Of a stretch of DNA of 27,225 nt, positions 16,503 through 23,448 are shown in pieces. The notes below the pieces were generated by a model that was not told the DNA's origin, made no database searches, and worked only from the letters and a program-made list of their open reading frames with translations. The DNA lies in IMG/VR virus record IMGVR_UViG_3300027863_001435, positions 1-27,225 of that record; one strand, given 5' to 3'. This DNA comes from a virus (lineage: Duplodnaviria; Caudoviricetes). Position numbers and translations under genes: made by a program. The number at the start of each line of letters is the position of its first letter. The stretch's first letter is position 1.

Positions 16503-18015
16503 GCCATCCCCACTCCGTTTCCCAGGTGGACTCGTCCGTCCTTCCTGGCATGGAATACTCAAGTTCTAACTGCAATCTCTGGACAGCCGCCCAGAACCAC
16601 TTGGCGTACCTGGACGAGCCAAGCCCTACAGGAGCACCGTCCTGGATCCGCTCATCATATAGGTCGATCGTCTCCGCAAGCGCCGCTGCGCCGTCTGCTA
16701 TCGCCTCATGGTACGCACGAGGAAGTTCAATCGGCTCATCTGTGTCCTGGGCAAGTTGAGGCGGGTCGACTCCCGCGTAGATAATAAGCGGCGAACCCGC
16801 TCTTACTACTACTCTCTCCGTCTCGTCTACTGCGCCGTAGAGTATGCTTGTGAAATACTCAAGTGGTCTCCTTCCGTAACCCTCCCAAGCATAAGGGACC
16901 GAATACTTCGTGGTTGAAGCGGGAATGTAGGCAACGACACCAGATTTGTCCCCGTAGACGAGGACATCAATCCCGTTGTGAGAGTCGTTATCCATGGTAA
17001 AGTCGTAGATTACGCCCCAGTCGGAGATTGTGGTGGTCTTCTCCGTTCCTGCGGTAAGTTTTATGGTCTCGCTAATCGGTTCGCCTGTGCCGTGTCTTGT
17101 TCCCCGTATGGTCACCCAAGTATCTGGCGAGCCAGACTTTAGGGTAAGGTAAAGAGCAGAGTCCCAAGGCTGAGCGCTATTCCAGAGGGAGCCAGGTACA
17201 CGTATGCTCATGCAGACGTCCTCACCAGCGTACTTGCCGACGATGCCGACATAGCGATTGCGTGTACGGCCTATTAACCTCACGATAGGTGGCCCCCACT
17301 GCGCTGCCTTGTTCTGGAGCATTGCATATCCCCAAGACTGGCTATTTGTTGCAACGATATCTTGGTCGTCTTTACCCTTGATATGGATTGTTCCTGCAGG
17401 CGGATTAGCGCAGTAATAAGCAAGAATTGTCCCCCAATCCTGACGGGTGGTAGGAACTGCCGCTGTACCGCTGATGCTAACAGCTTCGGTGACCACGCCT
17501 TCTTGTTCTTTGCCCCAGACGGTTCCGTAAATGGTCACCTGGTTCGATTCCGTGGGGCTGTCCGCCTTCACCTTAACCGCTCGTCCCTGCGGCTGGTTCT
17601 CCGTTCCGCCACCGCCTTGGAAGGCGGTATCCGCAGGACGGCTGTCAGGAGTAGGAGAGCGGTCAGGTGGCGGGTCAAGAATCAGCCTCCGTCCAGCAAT
17701 AAGGTAAGCCTCAGGTTCGCCTGGAGTTTCGCCAAGTGCGCCCATCCTATGAAAACTTCGTGGGCTTAGGGCGTTTCCCATCCACTCAACACGCATGACT
17801 CCCCAACTTACCTCGTCGGGTAGCCTAATCTCCCTTTGTCCTGCGTTAACTGGTAGAAAAAGTGGGCGGATGAAGTAGCCCGTCTCACGAGCAAATATGC
17901 GCACTGCTCTGTTGATTAGACGGTTCAGCCATTCATTACTCCATCTGCCTTCTGTCTCTTCATAGGGATAATCGCATCTATCCCTTACTGCTTGTCGGAG
18001 TTCAGCAAGTGTCAT
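16492..18015 (-). CDS. Head-tail adaptor (tail tubular A-like) with a large internal insertion
   Basis: MTLAELRQAVRDR...WSNEWLNRLINRAVRIFAR...PEAY...LILDPPPD and PPQL...DEPIELPRAYHEAIADGAAALA are adaptor-type motifs, separated by about 290 extra residues. Confidence 0.8.
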   Translation of the reverse strand: MTLAELRQAVRDRCDYPYEETEGRWSNEWLNRLINRAVRIFARETGYFIRPLFLPVNAGQREIRLPDEVSWGVMRVEWMGNALSPRSFHRMGALGETPGEPEAYLIAGRRLILDPPPDRSPTPDSRPADTAFQGGGGTENQPQGRAVKVKADSPTESNQVTIYGTVWGKEQEGVVTEAVSISGTAAVPTTRQDWGTILAYYCANPPAGTIHIKGKDDQDIVATNSQSWGYAMLQNKAAQWGPPIVRLIGRTRNRYVGIVGKYAGEDVCMSIRVPGSLWNSAQPWDSALYLTLKSGSPDTWVTIRGTRHGTGEPISETIKLTAGTEKTTTISDWGVIYDFTMDNDSHNGIDVLVYGDKSGVVAYIPASTTKYSVPYAWEGYGRRPLEYFTSILYGAVDETERVVVRAGSPLIIYAGVDPPQLAQDTDEPIELPRAYHEAIADGAAALAETIDLYDERIQDGAPVGLGSSRYAKWFWAAVQRLQLELEYSMPGRTDESTWETEWGWHGL

Positions 18016-19919
18016 GGGTTCACCCTCAATCTTACAATGTTGACGTACATCTTGGTCGTGTCCACGGCGACACCGACCTGCACAACAACGTTGCCCGAGC
18101 CCGACGGAGCAGTAGTGGTAAGTTGTCCAGCAGTAGTAGAAAGATAGTAGCGGCTTCCAACAGAAAGAGTGGCGCTACCCACTACACTTGTCCAATTGCT
18201 AACGATAAGGAAACCATGTGTGACAAATGTTGGGTAACTTCCGCTTCCTGCGGTGAAGTCAGATACCATGAGCCCAAGGGGTACGGCGTACAGGTTATCT
18301 GCAGTTGCAGTTGCAGGAGCAAGTTTTACTGCGCCTGCGTCGTAGACAAGGGCAACAGGCTCACCTGCGTAGAGGTTGACGCTTGCCTTATAGGAATTCC
18401 ACGCTTCAACTACCGCTAGATCAACTTCCCTGAATTGTAGTTTGCCCACAAGGCTGAGAGCGGCGATTGCGTTTGAGTACTGCGTGTAGTATAACAGTTG
18501 GTTGCCAGCGCCATTTTTTATGCCGAACTCGTCCACTCCGCCGCAGAGTTCAATAATGTTCCGCCCCTCTGTGGCTAATTTTATTGTGGCCTTCGAAGAA
18601 TCGTTTGCTTTAAACGTTGCTCCAGGCTGCCCAACGCCGACTATACCTGGTCCCCTCCTTGAGAACCCGACGACTGCAGGACTGCTTATGTCAAAATTGC
18701 CCTCGTCCTCCTCGGAGAGGTTCACCCCCATGACCGCAGGCGAACCCACCTCAGAGCGGCTGTAGAGTCCCACACCATCGCTTGAGGAGGCAACAAAGCC
18801 GATGTGCGAATCTGCGGCGTAATCGCCCGTTGCTCTTGTCTCATCTGCCGCTGAGCCAGGTGCCATGAGAACGTCGAGTTCACGGGTCAATCTGTCATGG
18901 TCGGTGATTATGGTGGCATCGTAACCCGCCTCATAGTAATTGTGCCTCACCATGTCGGGTGACCACCAACCGTCGGAGAAAATGCTATGGCAATGGCCCT
19001 GGACATGCACCCATTCCCCGCCCTCTGGTAGCGAAACATAGGGGCAGGTGCTTCTGATGAACTTCCCGTTGTCGTCTCCACTGTTTCCAATCTTTACCGC
19101 CGCGGTGAGGAACTTGCGTGTTCCTGAGACCGACCAGACGGGATGGATATAGACAATGGCCGCGGCGTCCGCATCGTTTGCGGGAAGATCATAGGTCGCC
19201 GTTCCACCTGCGGAGACACCAGAGAGTGTAGTAAGGAGCGTCCCTGGTGTTCCACCAGAGACTCCATAAATTTCGATATCGCAGGTGACAGAAAGCGGGT
19301 TGTAAAGGGTGAGCCGTTTCCTGTCACCACTTATTTGAATTATGGGAGTAGCACTGAATGCGCTCGCTTCAAAGTCCTTATCAAAGCAGGCAATAGTCCT
19401 GCCCATCTTACCCGCGGTGATGAGCGCCTGCCAGGACCGCTCTGTGACATAGTAGAGCGCATGCACCTTATTTGTAGTGTAAGCAGTCTCATTATGTGCG
19501 TCGCTTGCCGCGGTAACGTAGAGGTTCTCTCCCCTGGCAAGGGCGGCTAGAGCATTATCGAACTGTCCCCTCCAACCCGTTCCACTTGCAGTTGCCCACT
19601 CTACTAAATGGTAGTTGCCATAGTAGGTGGTCATGTCCGAAGAAGTCCAGTGGACGGAGCCCGCGAAGACGTGGTGAGCAAGGATGATAAGCCCGCCCGC
19701 AGTACCAAGGGCAGTAAACGCCGAGGAAGGCGTTGAGAACGGGTCGACTACAGTACCATAGGTGGCATAGAGCCCACCGCCAGGACCCTCCATATAGACG
19801 ATGTGGCGGGTGGGAGTAATCGAGCCCGTTTCAATACCATAGATGCCTTCAAAGCCTGGGAATGGAGGTACTGGATGCGCCTCCATCACAGGCTTAATGG
19901 AGACAATTCTTTCAGCCAT
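18012..19919 (-). CDS. Virion accessory/fibre protein with a circularly permuted PHP (CehA/McbA-like) metallo-phosphoesterase domain and a C-terminal cement-like domain
   Basis: GIE, RH, AHH and ASDAH occur before HCHSIFSDG and TDHD; C-terminal 'AGEPV...VKLA...LGL...GSRYYLSTTAGQLTTTAPSGSGNVVVQVGVA' is a common phage structural module. Confidence 0.75.
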   Translation of the reverse strand: MAERIVSIKPVMEAHPVPPFPGFEGIYGIETGSITPTRHIVYMEGPGGGLYATYGTVVDPFSTPSSAFTALGTAGGLIILAHHVFAGSVHWTSSDMTTYYGNYHLVEWATASGTGWRGQFDNALAALARGENLYVTAASDAHNETAYTTNKVHALYYVTERSWQALITAGKMGRTIACFDKDFEASAFSATPIIQISGDRKRLTLYNPLSVTCDIEIYGVSGGTPGTLLTTLSGVSAGGTATYDLPANDADAAAIVYIHPVWSVSGTRKFLTAAVKIGNSGDDNGKFIRSTCPYVSLPEGGEWVHVQGHCHSIFSDGWWSPDMVRHNYYEAGYDATIITDHDRLTRELDVLMAPGSAADETRATGDYAADSHIGFVASSSDGVGLYSRSEVGSPAVMGVNLSEEDEGNFDISSPAVVGFSRRGPGIVGVGQPGATFKANDSSKATIKLATEGRNIIELCGGVDEFGIKNGAGNQLLYYTQYSNAIAALSLVGKLQFREVDLAVVEAWNSYKASVNLYAGEPVALVYDAGAVKLAPATATADNLYAVPLGLMVSDFTAGSGSYPTFVTHGFLIVSNWTSVVGSATLSVGSRYYLSTTAGQLTTTAPSGSGNVVVQVGVAVDTTKMYVNIVRLRVNP

Positions 19920-19930
19920 ATCTTTTCCTC

Positions 19931-20860
19931 CTATCCGAATAGTTCAAGGAGCAATCTATCGTTTGCTCCAGCGGTAGTAGGAGTTGTCTGGTCGGATGCC
20001 AGCACTACGTAATTTAAGTACCTTGCGGAGACAAGAGTGCCTGCCGCCTCCCATGTGCCACCTGGACTAAGAAGCGCCCAAGCGCCGTCGGGAGTTAGGG
20101 CGCCGACAAAGAGTTCAAAGTCTGGCTTCGTAACCACCGATTGATTCCCGCAGGTGAATATTTTCTCCACCTGGTAGAAGGCTTTTGCTCCCTCTGCCTC
20201 TGTCTCTGCGGTAGTGACCGTAAGGACATCGGTCACCTCGTTACCGAAGATATCCTTGCCCACGATAAGGATGTTGCTGTCCGTATCGGGGTTCGCGCTG
20301 AGCGTAATCTTTACGCTAAGTGAGCCAATCACAAGCGGAGGGTCAACCCTAATAAGCCCGAAAGAATCTTCTCCTGGGTAGATTCTCGCTACAGTATAGT
20401 TACCGCCGGACACATAGTAGGCCTCGACATAACCTTCTCTTTCGCCGATTGCTTCCATGCCGCAGAGGTAGTCCCAATCATCGTAGGCGCTTTCTACGCT
20501 TGTTGTCCCGTTTAATTCAAACTCCTCAGAGCGGACATTACCGCTTGTGTCTATGCCCCATACTTTTGCCTTCTTCTCCTCATATGGTTTGTGGACATCG
20601 GCATCACTAGTACTTGCAACGTATATCCTTGCCCCTCTTGGCTGGTAACCGCCATCGAAAGGCCATTCGATTATGCCAGTAGCGATGCTTTCGCCTTCGG
20701 CGTACCTCGATGGTGCGAGTCCGAGGTATCCAGAAGGGGTAGAAGGAAGGACTACTTGCGCTTGGATGCCCCTTGGTAGGATATCTTGCCCAAGTGAGAT
20801 GGAGCCAGTATCCGTTCCTTCAAGCGGAACAACCTTACCCCCAAGTCTTACGTAACTCAT
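19931..20860 (-). CDS. Virion structural protein (beta-rich)
   Basis: 309 aa between the capsid and tail genes; contains two 'V.G.D..GN...E/D...' units related to the adaptor insertion. Confidence 0.7.
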   Translation of the reverse strand: MSYVRLGGKVVPLEGTDTGSISLGQDILPRGIQAQVVLPSTPSGYLGLAPSRYAEGESIATGIIEWPFDGGYQPRGARIYVASTSDADVHKPYEEKKAKVWGIDTSGNVRSEEFELNGTTSVESAYDDWDYLCGMEAIGEREGYVEAYYVSGGNYTVARIYPGEDSFGLIRVDPPLVIGSLSVKITLSANPDTDSNILIVGKDIFGNEVTDVLTVTTAETEAEGAKAFYQVEKIFTCGNQSVVTKPDFELFVGALTPDGAWALLSPGGTWEAAGTLVSARYLNYVVLASDQTTPTTAGANDRLLLELFG

Positions 20861-21060
20861 ATTTTCCGCCTCCTTCCTCTAGCAGGTTTCTCTGGAGGCA
20901 TCAGTTCCTCTATCTCAAGGAGGGGGTCTGACTTTATCCCGTCGGTCAGCTCCTTCTCCGAGAGAACGACGTAGGTATCAGGCGGGAAGAAGCGGCCATC
21001 TCGCCACAACCCTTGGGGAACACCTGCGGGCTTCTTTCTACAAGTCACTCTATATTTCAT
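20857..21060 (-). CDS. Mu-like FluMu gp35 / HI1506-like small protein
   Basis: GLWRDGRFFP...LSEKELTDGIKSDPLLEIEE matches the G.RR.G..F...DP.L.VEE pattern of the small protein that follows Mu-type capsid genes. Confidence 0.65.
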   Translation of the reverse strand: MKYRVTCRKKPAGVPQGLWRDGRFFPPDTYVVLSEKELTDGIKSDPLLEIEELMPPEKPARGRRRKI

Positions 21061-21067
21061 CTTGCAC

Positions 21068-21114
21068 CTCCTACTTTAGGAGAACCTGCCTACGACGGGC
21101 TATCGTAGGCAGGT
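21068..21114 (-). promoter_or_regulatory. Strong hairpin plus SD-sequestering hairpin upstream of the gp35-like gene
   Basis: ACCTGCCTACGA/TCGTAGGCAGGT 12-bp perfect stem (21084-21114) with no U-tract; then CTCCTA-aag-TAGGAG (21068-21082) covering the SD. Confidence 0.55.
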
Positions 21115-21131
21115 CGTAGCATCTCTTACAC

Positions 21132-21227
21132 ACCCACCCGCCATATTGTGCGACAAGTTCATTCTCTGCGAAAGCGAACCCGCAGGAATCACAAGTCTTT
21201 AGTTTTTGCCCAAATGGCGGGATGGGT
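21132..21227 (-). ncRNA. Long structured element immediately 3' of the major capsid gene
   Basis: ACCCA-T-CCCGCCAT pairs with ATGGCGGG-TGGGT (13 bp, one bulge); inner stem ATTC-CTGCG/CGCAG-A-GAAT. Confidence 0.45.
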
Positions 21228-21240
21228 CGTTTTCTCATCC

Positions 21241-22251
21241 TTATGCTCCTGGGTTACCGTACCAGTAGCGCCAATCCCAGCGGCCGAAGCCCAGCCGCAT
21301 GACACCAGAGTACTTGCGGTCTTTGGTGTTGAAGTCCCCGTCTCTGTCAAACTGCGGCTGCATTCTCCAAACCGCAACGGTGGTGGCGCCAGGACCCGTC
21401 GGCCGTCCGCTTTCGCCAAATGGAGCAAGTTTTGCCCTCACAAACCAAGCGGTACTGCTGGAGAGAAACTCGTTGTACACCGCTCTTAGGCCCTGGCGGA
21501 CGACGTTCACCGCCTCGGGACCTGTGGTGCCAACTAGCGTACTCGACTGGTAAGTGTAACTGATGTAAGGAGTCCGCTCGGAGGCAAGTATCTGGTCTAT
21601 CGTCCACCGCAGTTCTACGGGTGCAAGGATGAGTTCTGCGTCGAGACCGATAATCTCACCCTGCGGTCCCTGAACTTTGGCCAGGCTATTTCGTGCGGCC
21701 TGCAGAGCGGCTATGGAGAAGTCACAGCCTGTGTTCGGCTTATTGGCGTAAGTTCCACCCGCAAGAATTGGGTGATCGGTATCAAAGAAGTACTGGCCAT
21801 CGCCACCGCTCATCCAGACGGAGGGTACGGTGGACGTGAACCCTGTATTGAACTGGACCATAGCGAGAACATCGACGGTATACCTGCCCATGTCCGCTAG
21901 ACTCCTCGCCAAGTCGCCAGCCAGGATACCGTGCGGATCGTCCTGCATGGTCTCCATCTCGACGATGAAGCCCTCGCTGTAGGACGCGGGCGTAATTGTG
22001 GTGGCATATCCCTGGTAGATCGTGCCATAGGTGATTTCGCCACCGAACGGCTTAATGGACCACATGGGCAGTCCACTCAGGTAGGTTGTGGCTATGTCCT
22101 GCGTGGTGATATTGATCGTCTGGTAACATTCGGCATATTTTGTCTGCCCTTGACTCCAGCCTTGAAGCCAAGCGTTTTTGATTCTCGCATCATACAGGTC
22201 ACTTACAATCGGCTTTAGTATCCTTGTGCTCGTACCAGTTGTTGCTGCCAT
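21241..22251 (-). CDS. Major capsid protein (HK97 fold, Mu gpT-like)
   Basis: 336 aa; GGDGQYFFDTDHP, ELILAPVEL, LSSSTAWFV and GFGRWDWRYWYGNPGA are characteristic; strong SD AGGAGGTGAGG. Confidence 0.9.
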   Translation of the reverse strand: MAATTGTSTRILKPIVSDLYDARIKNAWLQGWSQGQTKYAECYQTINITTQDIATTYLSGLPMWSIKPFGGEITYGTIYQGYATTITPASYSEGFIVEMETMQDDPHGILAGDLARSLADMGRYTVDVLAMVQFNTGFTSTVPSVWMSGGDGQYFFDTDHPILAGGTYANKPNTGCDFSIAALQAARNSLAKVQGPQGEIIGLDAELILAPVELRWTIDQILASERTPYISYTYQSSTLVGTTGPEAVNVVRQGLRAVYNEFLSSSTAWFVRAKLAPFGESGRPTGPGATTVAVWRMQPQFDRDGDFNTKDRKYSGVMRLGFGRWDWRYWYGNPGA

Positions 22252-22272
22252 TTTTCCTCACCTCCTATCCTT

Positions 22273-22746
22273 TTATCCCTGTGCTAACTGGCAGTAGTCC
22301 GCCGTGAATCTAACGAGGACGCGAGCATACGTGTCGCTTGCGGCGTCGTCAGGATGGAATCCGACGACAATCATAGCGGTATGGGTTGTGTCGCCAGGGT
22401 CAAGCGTGTACTCAGAAAGTGAGGCTGGTGCCTCAACGCCATATTTTGCGCCCATGACCACGGACGATGCACTGGTTTTTGTGTTTATGACGTACACGTC
22501 GCCTGGTCTTATTTCGATAAATCTTATTGTGGCGTTACCGCTTGTAACGTTGGTGGCGTTATCAAGCGCAATGCCTGCAATCGTGGATGCATCGGTGGCT
22601 GCTGCCAATTCACCGCTTGTATTTAAGTAGACAAGGTGGCCAGCCTTAAAGGTCTGGCTGTCAGCCTCAGTTGCTGTCCGCACGATAGGCGGAATGGAAT
22701 AGCCCGCCTGGTAAAGTCTAGGCGGTCTAACAGCTATGGTTGCCAT
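22273..22746 (-). CDS. Capsid decoration/cement protein
   Basis: 157 aa; 'QTFKAGHLVYLNTSGELAAATDASTIAGIALD' cement-like pattern; directly before the capsid gene; SD AAGGAGG. Confidence 0.7.
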   Translation of the reverse strand: MATIAVRPPRLYQAGYSIPPIVRTATEADSQTFKAGHLVYLNTSGELAAATDASTIAGIALDNATNVTSGNATIRFIEIRPGDVYVINTKTSASSVVMGAKYGVEAPASLSEYTLDPGDTTHTAMIVVGFHPDDAASDTYARVLVRFTADYCQLAQG

Positions 22747-22796
22747 TATTTATCCCTCCTTAATTTTCTTTTTTTAAAAAAAGGACGTTTTGGGCT

Positions 22797-22959
22797 GCCT
22801 GTCTTAACCGCAGGGTGGCATGGGGACCGCCCCGCCGCCCTTAGCCTCGGTGATGCCGAGGGGTGGCGGCGGGAGCCATACCCTTGGCTGCGTTGCGGAA
22901 GCCGCTTGGCCGACCTTGTCGGGGCGGACACTCCCGCGGGGCCAATGAGGAGCGCAGGC
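22797..22959 (-). ncRNA. Candidate structured non-coding RNA (multi-way junction) in the head operon
   Basis: About 72% GC by hand count, in one of the few intergenic gaps; seven or more mutually compatible nested helices can be drawn by eye (see findings). Confidence 0.6.
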
Positions 22960-23448
22960 TTACTCCTCTAGATCTTGGTCGCCAATAGCGATGTCAATAG
23001 TTGACTCTGGCGATTCAGGTTCACCAATCTTATGGGGTTTCCCCACCCTTAACCTCTGGGACAGGGAGATCCCCTGTCTTGCTGCTGCCTCGTGAAGGCT
23101 TAGCACACGGCCTTTTAACTTTTGCTCCTCAAAGCCCATGCGCAACCTTTCCTGCGCCTCATATTCTTCACGAGGCCGCTTGCAAAGTATTAGGTCAATG
23201 TACCTGACGGTCTTGTCAGGTTTGACGAAGGTCTCAGGTACTTTAACCTCATCAGCGGTTACGGGCACATAGCCCATGGATTCAGCCATAGACATGGCCA
23301 TGGGCGACGTATTCACCCAATGTAGATGCCATTTCTCCAGGAATCCTGGAGGGCAGTCCACCGCGGTGAAATCGGGCGGTTTTAAGAGTTCTCTTGCCTT
23401 TATTTCCGCCTCGCTTTGGCGGGGCACTTCACTTCTTCTTAGAGGCAT
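22960..23448 (-). CDS. Phage head-module protein of unknown function
   Basis: 'PPGFLEKWHLHWVN...GYVPV...DLILCKRPREEYE' resembles a protein commonly found between scaffold and capsid genes. Start taken at MPLRR behind AGGAGGAGG; the ORF track gives 23478. Confidence 0.75.
   Translation of the reverse strand: MPLRRSEVPRQSEAEIKARELLKPPDFTAVDCPPGFLEKWHLHWVNTSPMAMSMAESMGYVPVTADEVKVPETFVKPDKTVRYIDLILCKRPREEYEAQERLRMGFEEQKLKGRVLSLHEAAARQGISLSQRLRVGKPHKIGEPESPESTIDIAIGDQDLEE

Noticed and set aside
18012-19919. Diversity-generating retroelement target
   Set aside because: No reverse transcriptase and no near-identical template/variable repeat pair seen in the window.
21084-21114. Canonical intrinsic terminator after the capsid gene
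   Set aside because: The stem is strong but is followed by TCTCCTAAAG rather than a U-tract; kept only as a regulatory hairpin.
21189-21428. Alternative-frame ORF crossing the capsid stop (possible frameshifted capsid extension)
   Set aside because: No slippery heptamer near the capsid 3' end and the extension would be only about 17 aa.
22746-22931. 61-aa ORF (MSAPTRS...) ending in a TAATG overlap with the decoration gene
   Set aside because: Arg/Pro/Ser-rich translation of GC-rich stems with a GTG start and only a weak, closely spaced SD; better explained as structured RNA, though a leader peptide is not fully excluded.
22797-22959. tRNA, tmRNA or known riboswitch identity for the GC-rich element
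   Set aside because: No TTCRA T-loop, no 7-nt anticodon loop or CCA end, and no conserved riboswitch core that I recognise.
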